A model generated the notes under the pieces. That model did not search any database and had not been told where the DNA came from. It saw only the letters and a program-made list of their open reading frames with translations. A DNA stretch of 63,929 nt, filler included. It is 9 parts of 9 records of this genome, joined end to end, with 100 filler letters (N's around TTAATTAATTAA, not from the genome) between each part and the next. Parts side by side here need not be neighbours in the genome. Positions count along the whole stretch, not along the records: positions 1 to 5,633 come from SRR31156797_33047; positions 5,734 to 11,060 come from SRR31156797_33065; 7 more parts are not named here. One strand, given 5' to 3'. Position 1 is the stretch's first letter. The number at the start of each line of letters is the position of its first letter. Both the position numbers and the translations under genes were made by a program. Positions 1 through 9,653 of the stretch are shown here, piece by piece.

Positions 1-138
1 GATTCCTCCGGAAGCGCCTTCCAGAGAGATCTGACGCTGATGGGAAGCGCCATCATCGGTACGGCGGTCTTCACGGTCTTCTTCGATTACTACCTGGAGC
101 AGCATCGAAAAAAAAAAAGAGCTACTTCAGAAGAATAA
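1..138 (+). CDS. 3' end of a membrane protein (partial, starts before window)
   Basis: Frame 1 open from base 1 to TAA 136-138: DSSGSAFQRDLTLMGSAIIGTAVFTVFFDYYLEQHRKKKRATSEE; one hydrophobic helix then a basic tail. Confidence 0.55.
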   Translation, partial: DSSGSAFQRDLTLMGSAIIGTAVFTVFFDYYLEQHRKKKRATSEE

Positions 139-1390
139 ACTCCACCCTTCTGTTCATCCATCGGGCCTCTTCATCTCCGAACGAGACAAGGGGATAGGCG
201 CCTCCCATTCCGGCTACATCGACCCTTCCGTAGGAGATGCCCTCCCTCGCAAGTATGCGGCGAACCTCGGCGGCGCGCCCCCGGGAGAGGGGGATCAGTT
301 CATTCTGCTGCTCCTCCGCCCCTCTGTCCGGCCCGTCCAAGGTCATCAGATTGCCATGCCCCTCGATCCTGACCCTGTACTCGGGGAATTTCTTAAGCGT
401 TTCCGCCACCCTGGCGATGACCTCCCCGTTCCTCCGCTGCTCCTCTTCGGAGAGAAGGGTAAAGTCGGTTGAGTTGGGAGGAAAGATGATGCCGGGCACC
501 CGGATCTTCAGCCGTCCCCGCTCTTCGTAGACGAAGATATCCGTGACAAAGGATACCCGGCGCTCCAATGGATTTCCCATAAGGTCACGGGCCTGTGCGA
601 CGACCTCGTAGTCCTCTGCGGAGGAGACGAGGATCCCTCCGTCCCCGTACCCATCCCATTCGAAATGACCGGGGACCGCACCGGAGCCGCCTCTCTCCCA
701 GAGCACATTCCCCCGGGCCGTCTGAATGCGCAGACGCCAGTCCTTGAAGGACCGGGGATGAATCGAATCGATACGGATCTTTAACACATCATCCCGTCCG
801 TCCCCGTCCGGAGAGAAGGGCGAGGGCGTCGCCGTCAAAAGAAGATCAGCGGGAGGCAGATCCACCAGCAGGGGGAGGCTGTGTTTGACTCCCAGGCCGA
901 TGGTGAAGACCGGTTTCAGGTCCCCCCGGGCGGGAAGAATGGCCTCCGCCGTCAGTTGCATATAGTGCCGTTGCCTGAGCCTGAGATCCGTAGCAAGCCC
1001 GCAGCGGAGGGCCGGGCTGAAGGAGAAGCGCCCCTCCCGGGCAGGGCCGCTCAACTGGACGCCCAATCGGGGCCAGAAGCTGAAAGGTCCCCTTGTCGTC
1101 AGCCTGAATCCGCCCAGAACAGACATGGAGGGGATGTGTACGACCTCCCCGGCGGGATGGGTGAAGCCATAGCCGCCGGTCAGGGAAAAGCGGATATCCG
1201 GGACCAGATCCTTGACGGAGAGCGCGCCCTCCAGAAGGCCGCCCCAGGCATCGTCTCCGGGAGAACTCAACAGGGAGGCGGAGAATCCGGGCTCCAGTGA
1301 GAAGCTCTTCCAGGGATAGACCTCGGCCGCGGCCGGCGCGGACGGAAGAAGCCCCATCAGGACGACGGCGGCGATCCGGAGCCTCGTCAA
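122..1390 (-). CDS. OmpA-family protein with FlgD-like Ig domain
   Basis: Signal peptide; PFSPDGDGRDD...WDG Ig motif; C-terminal OmpA domain (IEGH...LSRGRA...NRRVEF). Confidence 0.85.
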   Translation of the reverse strand: MTRLRIAAVVLMGLLPSAPAAAEVYPWKSFSLEPGFSASLLSSPGDDAWGGLLEGALSVKDLVPDIRFSLTGGYGFTHPAGEVVHIPSMSVLGGFRLTTRGPFSFWPRLGVQLSGPAREGRFSFSPALRCGLATDLRLRQRHYMQLTAEAILPARGDLKPVFTIGLGVKHSLPLLVDLPPADLLLTATPSPFSPDGDGRDDVLKIRIDSIHPRSFKDWRLRIQTARGNVLWERGGSGAVPGHFEWDGYGDGGILVSSAEDYEVVAQARDLMGNPLERRVSFVTDIFVYEERGRLKIRVPGIIFPPNSTDFTLLSEEEQRRNGEVIARVAETLKKFPEYRVRIEGHGNLMTLDGPDRGAEEQQNELIPLSRGRAAEVRRILAREGISYGRVDVAGMGGAYPLVSFGDEEARWMNRRVEFILLK

Positions 1391-2502
1391 AACCTGACCC
1401 CCAGAGACAATCCGGAGGCTACCCCTCTGTAGGGTCTGTAGAGGATGGGAATATTGATGAACATCTTACTGATATCGAATTGCAAATCGCCAAAGAAATA
1501 GGCCGACAGCCATTCAGGCGAAGAGCCGCTGACCTCTCCCGATACGGCCACGGTTCCGCTGTCCTCTGTATAGTCCGCCAGATAGCCGCCCAGTTCGATA
1601 TCGTCGCTTCCGGACACGCCGATAACGGTCCGCCCCCGGGCGACATGGCAGCCCGCACCCGCCGTAAGATGCAGTCCGCCGAAAAGCCGCAGCCCCGTGG
1701 CGGCGCTGAAGCTGAGTGTCGCAACCCAGGTTTCCAGGGACACCTCGACCTCCGGTTCCACCGAAAGGGTGACGGTCTCATCCCCCAGAGGGCCCGGGCC
1801 GTCGGGATCCACAGTCAGCGTTTCGCTCACCCTGTCCAACTCGAAGAGGCCACTCAGCTTCTGTGATCCATAGGACGTCCCAGACTGTAGCTGCAGAGGC
1901 GTCCAGGAGAGAAGGGCGCTCCTGTTCTCCCTGTCCGAAAAGGGTACGAAGGAGAGGGCACCCTGTATATAGAGATTCTCAAGGGTGTAATCGTCCCGTG
2001 AATACTGCCCTCCTCCCAGGGAAACCAGTACTGTCAGATCCGGATGCAGAGCCTTCAGGGGGAAGGTGAGGCCGCCGTTTACAACCCGCACGCCCCCTCC
2101 GACCTCCAGATCGTCCTCCCTGTCCAGGGAAGAGATGGAATCGTAAAGCTCGCCGGCCTCCAGAGTGTAGGCGTAAAACGAGGCGTAGCCTCCCAGAAAG
2201 AAGGAATAGGAAGAGCGCTGGGGGAGGGTCTGAAGAAGGGGTATGACGGCGGTGTCGGTTGCGGCCGTGCTGACGGCCGATGTCACAAGGGCTTTGTCCG
2301 GAAACTCGTTGGAGAGGATGTCCACCTCATCGCTGATGCTGTCCACAGAACTCTCCAGCTCGGCTTCGAGGAAATCAAAGGCCGGTACCAGATCGGGATA
2401 CTCAATATCGATCTGAAGCTCGGCAGGCAGAAATCCCGCCGGAAACAGTAAGAGGCATAGCGTATAGCAGCGGAAGGCGGAATTCATATCTGAGATGATC
2501 AT
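1387..2502 (-). CDS. Putative spirochaete outer-membrane/surface protein
   Basis: 371 aa, signal-like N-terminus, alternating beta-strand pattern, C-terminal Phe (SLGVRF); stop overlaps the OmpA start (TTGA). Confidence 0.6.
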   Translation of the reverse strand: MIISDMNSAFRCYTLCLLLFPAGFLPAELQIDIEYPDLVPAFDFLEAELESSVDSISDEVDILSNEFPDKALVTSAVSTAATDTAVIPLLQTLPQRSSYSFFLGGYASFYAYTLEAGELYDSISSLDREDDLEVGGGVRVVNGGLTFPLKALHPDLTVLVSLGGGQYSRDDYTLENLYIQGALSFVPFSDRENRSALLSWTPLQLQSGTSYGSQKLSGLFELDRVSETLTVDPDGPGPLGDETVTLSVEPEVEVSLETWVATLSFSAATGLRLFGGLHLTAGAGCHVARGRTVIGVSGSDDIELGGYLADYTEDSGTVAVSGEVSGSSPEWLSAYFFGDLQFDISKMFINIPILYRPYRGVASGLSLGVRF

Positions 2503-2707
2503 ATCATTTAAAACATGGAAAAGCCACTTTTAAAATGGATGATCCGTTTTGCTCCGGTGAAGGGATTCCCTTCGCGGGATGATTCTCAAGATCAGACAGG
2601 AATGTCTCTGATACCCTAAACAGTTAATTCACCCTAACATCATTATTGACAACTATTATGTTTTATGATTCTGTAACAGAAGACAAAACTACAGGATGGA
2701 TCCATTA

Positions 2708-3658
2708 ATGAAAAGACTAACGACTCTCCTTTTACTGCTTGTTACCGCTTCCCTCTTTGCCGCCGGTTCCAGAGACAGAACCGCGGACTTGAAAGAGCTG
2801 AACATATCCTACGTGAAATCGCCCTTCAATCTGCAGATTATGGTTATGAGGGAAAAAGGTCTTCTGGAAAAAGAATTTTCCGGCGACGGGATTGAGATAA
2901 GATGGCACGAGATCACATCCGGAGCCAAACAGGCCGAGGCCATGGCGGCCGGTTCCCTCGACATCGCCTCAGTCATGAACAGCGCCTCGGTGATCATCAC
3001 CAATGCGGCAGGAAATCCCGTGGATATAATAGACATGGTCAGCCGGCCTGAGCAGACCTTTGCCGTCATGGTAAGGGAAGACGGTCCCCGGACCGTCGCG
3101 GACCTTGAGGCTGCGACGGTGGCCGGTCCCAAGGGGACGGTCCTCCATCAGATGCTCGAGGCGGTCGAGAAGCGGGAAGGTTTGAAATCGGTGAAGCTGA
3201 TTTCCATGGGACTGCCCCAGTCCCAGTCGGCCCTGCTCGCAGGAGACGTGGACGCCGCCCTGCTGGCAGGCGCCCTGATCATCAAAACCAGGGAAGCGGG
3301 GGGACGGGTTCTGACCACATCCGAAGGCTACGCCACTCCCCGTCTGGTCTCCGCCTGCCCCAGAGGCTTCCGGGAAACACATCCTGACATCATCGCCCGC
3401 TACAGGAAGGTCCAGAAAGAGGCATACGACTACATCTTAAAGCACAGAGACGAGGCCCTGGCCATCGGCGCCTCCCAGCAGGGCCTGAGCGAAGATGACG
3501 CGCTGGATCTGTTTCTGCGCTCGGGCATCAGCTGCGAGTTTTTCAAAGCCGATCTTGCCGGACTGGAAGAGGACGTGGAATTCCTGTACGGCCTCGACAT
3601 GATCGAGAGCAGAATCGATCCTGCCGACCTGATTCCGGAAGAGCTCTATGCTGACTGA
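2708..3658 (+). CDS. ABC transporter substrate-binding protein, SsuA/NrtA/TauA family
   Basis: Spirochaete-type signal (ASLFAAG); YVKSPFN, SGAKQAEAMAAGSLD and GPKGTVLHQ motifs; start chosen at ATG 2708. Confidence 0.85.
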   Translation: MKRLTTLLLLLVTASLFAAGSRDRTADLKELNISYVKSPFNLQIMVMREKGLLEKEFSGDGIEIRWHEITSGAKQAEAMAAGSLDIASVMNSASVIITNAAGNPVDIIDMVSRPEQTFAVMVREDGPRTVADLEAATVAGPKGTVLHQMLEAVEKREGLKSVKLISMGLPQSQSALLAGDVDAALLAGALIIKTREAGGRVLTTSEGYATPRLVSACPRGFRETHPDIIARYRKVQKEAYDYILKHRDEALAIGASQQGLSEDDALDLFLRSGISCEFFKADLAGLEEDVEFLYGLDMIESRIDPADLIPEELYAD

Positions 3659-4256
3659 CCCTCCCGCCAGGCCCTTGAACCTGCGGGACGGCAGAGAGGC
3701 GGTTTCTCTGAACTGGGATATGCTCTACGCCTACTGCGGCCCCTCACAGATCATAGCCACGGCTCTCTGCTACCGTTTGTTCGAGCAGGCCTTCCGGGAG
3801 CTCTCCCCCGCTGCGGCTCCCGCCAGGGAGGATCTGTCCCTGCTGACAGCCTTTCCCGGACGGGGCGTGCTGGAATGTGTTGAATTGATCACCCGCATCC
3901 CCAGCCTCAGGTCCGGACGCCTGGAGCTGGATACCCGGACCCTCCGTCCGGGCGCGGCCCCCTCCCTGGAGGGCTGTTTCTATTTCGAGGTCCAGAACGC
4001 GTCCAAGCGCCGCTCCTATACGGCCGCTCCCGAATACTTCGATAAGGAGTTCCTTCATATGGTGGGGATGTGGCAGAATAGGGAGATGAACCGGCAGGAA
4101 TACGAGCGATACATGGCCTATAAGACAGCCAAAGGGGAGGCCCTTCTGAAGCATAAGGGAGACCTTTTCCGCTCTGCTGAGATTCCCGCCCGGAAATACG
4201 AGCCAGCTCAGGAGAGATGCGAATGGTACGGCCTTTCGGCTTACGGAAAGCAGTAG
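3648..4256 (+). CDS. FmdE-like hypothetical protein
   Basis: Overlaps both neighbours; YCGPSQIIATALCYR...FPGRGVLECVELITR resembles the FmdE/FwdE N-terminal pattern. Confidence 0.5.
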   Translation: MLTDPPARPLNLRDGREAVSLNWDMLYAYCGPSQIIATALCYRLFEQAFRELSPAAAPAREDLSLLTAFPGRGVLECVELITRIPSLRSGRLELDTRTLRPGAAPSLEGCFYFEVQNASKRRSYTAAPEYFDKEFLHMVGMWQNREMNRQEYERYMAYKTAKGEALLKHKGDLFRSAEIPARKYEPAQERCEWYGLSAYGKQ

Positions 4257-5050
4257 ATTCCCAGGATTCAGAAAATCCCCGGAGGAAGAAACAGAGGGGG
4301 CTCGGCTGGATTCCGCCTCTGGTCCTGCTCCTCCTCTGGTCGGCGGCGTCATATTACAGATGGGTCAATCCCTACCTCTTGCCCTCGCCGCTGCGCATTC
4401 TGAATGCTGCCGGCAGGCTTGCCGCGTCCGGGGATCTTCTCCGGCACCTGGGAGTCAGCTTTCTGAGGGTGATGACAGGCTTTCTCGTTACCCTGGGGAT
4501 AGCCGTCCCCCTGGCCCTGCTGATGCACGCCCTGCCGATTCTGAAAAAACTTTTGAAGGGCAGCCTTGAGTTTTTAAGATCCGTTCCCCCCATAGCGGCC
4601 ATTCCTCTGCTTATCCTCTGGTTCGGAATCGGCGAGGCCTCCAAAACCGCCGTGATCGTCATGGCATCCTTTTTCCCTGTCTTCCTCAATCTCCTGAGCG
4701 GACTCAACAACATCGACGAGCGCTGGCGGGAACTGGCCCGCTCCCTGAGGCTGAACAGAAGGGAGTTCGTCCGTTTCATACTGTTCCCGGCCGCCTTTCC
4801 CTCCTTCCTGACGGGGATCCAGCTGGGCCTCAGCTACTGCTGGCGAGCTTTGATGGGAGCGGAGATGATCGCGGCGGCTTCCGGACTGGGCTACCTGATC
4901 CTCGACTCTCAGGAGATGGGCCGGGTGGACCGGGTCTTCGTCGGCCTCATAACCCTGGGAATCTGCGGCGTCCTTCTGGATAAGCTCCTGATCAGGGTTT
5001 TCAACATCTTCGTCCCCTGGAAGGACCTTGAGGAGGAGCAGGAGTGGTAG
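4217..5050 (+). CDS. ABC transporter permease, SsuC family
   Basis: LLPSP, RSVPPIAAIPLLILWFGIGE and AEMIAAASGLGYLI motifs; exact start uncertain. Confidence 0.9.
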   Translation: MRMVRPFGLRKAVDSQDSENPRRKKQRGLGWIPPLVLLLLWSAASYYRWVNPYLLPSPLRILNAAGRLAASGDLLRHLGVSFLRVMTGFLVTLGIAVPLALLMHALPILKKLLKGSLEFLRSVPPIAAIPLLILWFGIGEASKTAVIVMASFFPVFLNLLSGLNNIDERWRELARSLRLNRREFVRFILFPAAFPSFLTGIQLGLSYCWRALMGAEMIAAASGLGYLILDSQEMGRVDRVFVGLITLGICGVLLDKLLIRVFNIFVPWKDLEEEQEW

Positions 5051-5633
5051 GACTGAGACTCAAAGCCCTGAACAAAAGCTACTACCGGGACGGCAGGCCC
5101 GTACGCGCGGTTCGGGATCTCAACCTGGAACTCGATCCCGGCAGCTTTACCGCCCTTGTGGGCTACAGCGGCTGCGGAAAGACGACCCTGCTGAGAACCA
5201 TCGCGGGGCTGGAGCAGCCGGACGGCGGCAGCGTAACAATGAGTCCGGCCACAGCCTGGCCGGCGGTGGTGTTCCAGGATCCCCGCCTCCTGCCATGGAT
5301 GACCGTCCGCAGGAATCTGTTACTCGCCCTGAGACAGCGCGGCAGGGACTCCCGGGATAAAAGGGAAGACAGGAAAAGAGTGGATGACGCCCTGAAGCTG
5401 GTGGGCCTTGAGGACTGCCGGGACTCCTACCCCCATGAGCTCTCAGGCGGCATGGCTCAGCGGGCGGCCCTGGCCAGGGCCCTCTGCCAAGAGTCGAATC
5501 TCGTACTGATGGACGAACCCTTCTCGGCTCTGGACGCCCTGACCCGCGGCAGCCTGCAGAGGGAGCTGCTCGGCCTCTGGCGGAAAAGACGAAACACCAT
5601 CCTCTTCATCACCCACGATATAGGCGAAGCCCT
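5044..5633 (+). CDS. ABC transporter ATP-binding protein, SsuB family (3' truncated at contig end)
   Basis: GYSGCGKT, LSGGMAQR, LMDEPF, ITHD. Confidence 0.92.
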
Positions 5634-5733
5634 NNNNNNNNNNNNNNNNNNNNNNNNNNNNNNNNNNNNNNNNNNNNTTAATTAATTAANNNNNNNNNNN
5701 NNNNNNNNNNNNNNNNNNNNNNNNNNNNNNNNN
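5634..5733. other. Artificial contig linker
   Basis: N-run with central TTAATTAATTAA (stops in all six frames), 100 nt. Confidence 0.99.
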
Positions 5734-5737
5734 AGGT

Positions 5738-6010
5738 ATGAAAGCATTTCTACTGGCTGCCGGCCTTGGTACAAGGCTGAGACCGTTGACGAATGATATC
5801 CCAAAATGTCTCCTGCCGATCAATGGCAAACCGCTGCTTCAACTTTGGCTTGAACTTCCGGGGAAGCATGGAATTCAGGAAGTGCTGCTCAACACGCATT
5901 GGCATGCGGATAAAGTGGCAGGCTTTGTTAAAGAAGCTGAGAAGGTAAAAGAATCAGGGGATATGACCGGTGAGCAGTGGCTCGAAGTTCACCTGTTTCA
6001 TGAGGCGGCG
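5738..6010 (+). pseudogene. Truncated sugar-phosphate nucleotidyltransferase (NTP_transferase N-terminus)
   Basis: MKAFLLAAGLGTRLRPLT...PKCLLPINGKPLL; similarity ends near residue 90, where the frame runs into the antisense of vapC. Confidence 0.7.
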
Positions 6011-6400
6011 TTAGAAGTTTGTATGGACCAGTCCGTCAACTTTGTTGAAATGCCGGTCGGATGTTATGAGTTCGGCCCCGTACTCCATGGTTTGTGCCGC
6101 AATCCATATATCGTTGCTGGGTATGGGGGTTCCCTTGCGTTTCAACTGGGCGGCGATTCTGGAATAACGGTCTGAGGTTATTTTCCCAATCTGAGCGACT
6201 TCCACCACCTCATGCCGGAGAAACGCATTGAGATCCCTCATGTTTTCCTCAAAATTGGTGCCGTTCCGAAACCCGAACATCAGTTCTCCCAAAACCACGG
6301 GAGAAAACAGTATCCATTGGGCGTCCACGATAATCTCGACCAGATTGGGAATATTCCGCTTAAATCCCACATAGGCATTTGTATCCAGCAGGAGCTTCAT
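6011..6400 (-). CDS. vapC: PIN-domain toxin, VapC family
   Basis: LLDTNAY, VVLGEL, PIPSNDIWIAA and TSDRHF PIN motifs; ATG at 6400 overlaps the antitoxin stop (ATGA). Confidence 0.92.
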   Translation of the reverse strand: MKLLLDTNAYVGFKRNIPNLVEIIVDAQWILFSPVVLGELMFGFRNGTNFEENMRDLNAFLRHEVVEVAQIGKITSDRYSRIAAQLKRKGTPIPSNDIWIAAQTMEYGAELITSDRHFNKVDGLVHTNF

Positions 6401-6654
6401 CTCCACATCTCCTCATCAATCTGTTCAGATGACTTTATGGACTCCAAAAACTCCGACGCATCTTTTTCGCTCCAACCGCCAGCAAGAGCCCTCAATGAAT
6501 CTGCGGGCGAGATTTTCCCGTTTTTCCTGTACCTTGTGTTTTCGCAAATCATATCCAGAATAACACGGCTAAGTGATTTTCCGCTTTTGCGGGCCGTCTT
6601 CCGGATATCCCGTTCCATTTCAGGATCCATTCCACGTAATGTGATTTGTGCCAT
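6397..6654 (-). CDS. Ribbon-helix-helix antitoxin (FitA/VapB-like)
   Basis: MAQITLRGMD...ARKSGKSLSRVI RHH pattern, acidic C-terminus, GGAGG RBS, directly upstream of vapC. Confidence 0.85.
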   Translation of the reverse strand: MAQITLRGMDPEMERDIRKTARKSGKSLSRVILDMICENTRYRKNGKISPADSLRALAGGWSEKDASEFLESIKSSEQIDEEMWR

Positions 6655-6858
6655 GACTCACCTCCTGACTCATATTGACTTATTGTTTGCTTCAAACGCA
6701 TCTTTGTCAAGCATAAACCGGTGGCATGTATGGGACGTCGGGTAAAAGTTCTAAGAAGAACTTCAAAATGGGCTTTCTAAAGGACAGGCAGGCTGGAGGA
6801 TTTTTTTTGGCCGAGGCACAAAATCACGGCTGTTGGAGGGAATCCAAGGAGATCAACC

Positions 6859-7053
6859 ATGAAAAAGAACGCAAGATTTTTTCTTAAGATCAGCGGCATA
6901 ATTCTTACTTTCCTGGGAATGTTCATATTCTTGCCGCTTGTTCTTTTAATGGCGGCAGAGGGATCCCAAACCCACTCGGTTCCAATGTGGCCAATCATAA
7001 TAGGTATGGTCACTTTCATCCTGGGCCTCATATGTGTAAAAGCATCCGTCTGA
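6859..7053 (+). CDS. Small two-TM membrane protein
   Basis: AAGGAG RBS; 64 aa with two hydrophobic segments. Confidence 0.6.
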   Translation: MKKNARFFLKISGIILTFLGMFIFLPLVLLMAAEGSQTHSVPMWPIIIGMVTFILGLICVKASV

Positions 7054-7121
7054 TGTCAAGATGGAAAAAAGAGGTGTTTTACGAAAATCTGTAATCGACA
7101 AAAACAAGGAATTTCTTAACA

Positions 7122-8642
7122 ATGGCAAAGATTCTGATCGCGGATGATGAATGGACCACAAGACTGGAGCTCCGTGAAATGTTGAGTGCGGCCGGTTACC
7201 ATGTGGCGGGAGAGGCGGAGACCGGACGGCAGGTAATTGAAATGGCGGGGGAACTGGAACCTGATCTGATTCTCATGGATATCGTCATGCCGGGTGGCAT
7301 GGACGGTATTTCCGCTGCCGAAAAGATCAAGGAGACGTCCCATATCCCCATTATCTTCATCAGCGGATACGGCGACCCGGAGTATATCGAAAGAGCGAAA
7401 CGGTTGGAACCGTTCGGGTATTTGATAAAGCCGTTTGATGAAACTGAAGTCAAAGCCTTTGTGGAGATCGCTCTTCACAAAAGCAAAATAGAAAGAGAAC
7501 TGGAAAAGGTCCATGAAGAAAACAAAAGGCTCCGCAAAGAGTGGGAGGGAATTTTTCAGGCCATCGGTAATCCAACCATCCTTCTGGATGACCGCCGGCG
7601 GGTGATCCACGCAAACGCTGCCGCCGTAAAGGATACGGGCATGGCCGAAGAAAAGATCATCGGCAGGAAATGCTATGAACTCTTTCATCACAGCGCACAA
7701 CCCCCGAAAAACTGTCCCTATGAAAAGATCCTCACCACAGGCCGTTTTGAAACTGCCGAAATGGAAATTGAGATTTTAAACGGAACCTTCCTGGTTTCCT
7801 GTACCCCTCTGCCGGATCATGAAGGCCGGCTTGAAAAAGTGATTCACATGGTCACGGACATCAGTGAACTCAAGCGGGAACAGGCGGAAAGGGAGAGACT
7901 GGAAATCCAACTCCGCCAGGCCCAGAAGATGGAGTTGATGGGAACACTGACGGCGGGCATCGCCCATGATTATAATAATCTGCTCTCCATAATCATGGCA
8001 AACATCTACCTGGCTAAAAAAGACGTGGCATTCGACACGACGGTTTTAAAATTCCTGGACAGGGCGGAAAAAGCATCATTGAAGACCGGAGACTTGACCC
8101 ACCGGTTGATGGCCCTGTCGGACGGGGATACCCCCATGTGCCGATCGGGTTCCATAGAGTGCCTGCTTCGAGAGGTTTCCGGAGAGATACGGAATCATGA
8201 AGGCTTTGAATGTGCGCTTGAAATACCCTGTGCGCTCTGGCCGGTGGACTACGACCCAACCCAGTTGCGTTACGTTATCAGGAATCTGCTCACAAATGCC
8301 ATGGAAGCCATGCCCCAAGGCGGGGCTATCCATATCCGGGTGGAAAATTCCGATATTCAGGAGCAGACGCAGGATTCAGCCCTCCCCTTAGGGCGGGGGA
8401 AATACGTGCATATCGCCATCAGGGATAACGGCACGGGCATTTCAAAAAAAGACCTGAACAGGATCTTTGATCCTTATTATTCCACCAAGGAGAGGGGCAA
8501 TCAGAAGGGCATGGGGCTGGGTCTGACCACTGCCTATGCGATTGTTCGGAACCACGAAGGGTATATTAGCGTGCAGTCCGCCCCCGGTGAGGGCGCCACT
8601 GTTTCCATATTCTTGCCGGCGGCGGAAAGTCCGGCTTTTTAA
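7122..8642 (+). CDS. Hybrid sensor kinase: REC-PAS-HisKA-HATPase
   Basis: N-terminal receiver (ILIADDE, LMDIVMP, KPF); H-box GIAHDYNNLL; NLLTNA, DNGTGI, GMGLGL. Confidence 0.92.
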   Translation: MAKILIADDEWTTRLELREMLSAAGYHVAGEAETGRQVIEMAGELEPDLILMDIVMPGGMDGISAAEKIKETSHIPIIFISGYGDPEYIERAKRLEPFGYLIKPFDETEVKAFVEIALHKSKIERELEKVHEENKRLRKEWEGIFQAIGNPTILLDDRRRVIHANAAAVKDTGMAEEKIIGRKCYELFHHSAQPPKNCPYEKILTTGRFETAEMEIEILNGTFLVSCTPLPDHEGRLEKVIHMVTDISELKREQAERERLEIQLRQAQKMELMGTLTAGIAHDYNNLLSIIMANIYLAKKDVAFDTTVLKFLDRAEKASLKTGDLTHRLMALSDGDTPMCRSGSIECLLREVSGEIRNHEGFECALEIPCALWPVDYDPTQLRYVIRNLLTNAMEAMPQGGAIHIRVENSDIQEQTQDSALPLGRGKYVHIAIRDNGTGISKKDLNRIFDPYYSTKERGNQKGMGLGLTTAYAIVRNHEGYISVQSAPGEGATVSIFLPAAESPAF

Positions 8643-8652
8643 GGAACGAAAA

Positions 8653-9129
8653 ATGGATAAGGGGATTAACATTCTGGTGGTTGACAACAATCGCCGACTG
8701 ACGGATACCATTGTTGAAATGTTGGCCCGGTGCGGTTATTCGGCCTCGGGGGCCTACGGCGGATTGGAAGGGATCAGACATTTTCAGGCGGGGGATTTTC
8801 AACTGGTGGTAACCGATCTCAAGATGCCCGAAGTGGACGGAATGGACCTTCTGAAGACCGTGAAAGGGATGGACGGAAGGGTGCCGGTGGTCATCATTAC
8901 GGGTTACGGCACCATTAAAAAAGCGGTGGAAGCCATCAAGCGCGGCGCTTATGATTTTATTGAAAAGCCCGTTGAACGGGAAAAGCTGGAGATTGTCGTT
9001 GAAAGGGCTCTGGAAAGGCATTCCCTGTTCCGGCAGCTGGGCGTTTTTCGCGGCCTGACCCTGGCCCTGACCATCTCCATACCTTTCTGGCTGATCCTGG
9101 GCATCATTCTGGCACGGGTCTGGAAATAA
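8653..9129 (+). CDS. Receiver-domain protein with C-terminal transmembrane helix
   Basis: AAGGA RBS; ILVVDNN, TDLKMP, ITGY, EKP; hydrophobic tail LTLALTISIPFWLILGIILA. Confidence 0.85.
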   Translation: MDKGINILVVDNNRRLTDTIVEMLARCGYSASGAYGGLEGIRHFQAGDFQLVVTDLKMPEVDGMDLLKTVKGMDGRVPVVIITGYGTIKKAVEAIKRGAYDFIEKPVEREKLEIVVERALERHSLFRQLGVFRGLTLALTISIPFWLILGIILARVWK

Positions 9130-9199
9130 GATAAAGGATGAACTTCGAATGGGGAAATGAATAAATTGTAATTGCCGGCCGACTGTAGCTCGTATATTT

Positions 9200-9242
9200 A
9201 AAAAGCCCTCATCGGGATATTTTCCGGATGGGGGCTTTTTTC
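9200..9242. terminator. Bidirectional intrinsic terminator
   Basis: AAAAAGCCCTCATCGGGA...TCCGGATGGGGGCTTTTTT between convergent genes. Confidence 0.8.
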
Positions 9243-9266
9243 GTCCCATTCCTGATCTTTACCTTT

Positions 9267-9653
9267 TCAGCCGTTAAAACGACGCTCCCAATTATAGTCA
9301 CGGGAGGTCACCGTGTCTTCCATTCGCCGGATGCGTTGCTCAATATTATCGTACCTGCGTTTGAGCCGGTCCACGGCACGGGGTCTGGAATGGACGTAAC
9401 TGTCGTAAAAATCATGGGCGTCATCACTGTCGATACGAAGGACGGGGGCCGGTTTCATGAGCAGCGCCGCCAGGAAATAGAGTCCTGTGATGGGCCAAAA
9501 GCCGCTTACCAGCAATAGAATTACGGCGATGGTCCTCGCCCAGAAGACGGAAAAATCAAAATATTCCGATATTCCGCGAATCACCCCCAGAATCACCCCG
9601 TTTCGTGACCGATATAGCCCCCCGCGAAAACCCCGCTTCATCCATTTTTTCAT
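9267..9653 (-). CDS. pspC: Phage shock protein C
   Basis: LYRSRNGVILGVIRGISEYF PspC domain; IRRMEDTVTSRDY tail. Confidence 0.9.
   Translation of the reverse strand: MKKWMKRGFRGGLYRSRNGVILGVIRGISEYFDFSVFWARTIAVILLLVSGFWPITGLYFLAALLMKPAPVLRIDSDDAHDFYDSYVHSRPRAVDRLKRRYDNIEQRIRRMEDTVTSRDYNWERRFNG

Noticed and set aside
108-118. A11 tract as a phase-variation site
   Set aside because: Lies in the last few codons of a Lys-rich tail, so slippage would change little
5678-5689. TTAATTAATTAA recurring eight times
   Set aside because: Artificial six-frame stop linker within N-runs, not a biological repeat or CRISPR
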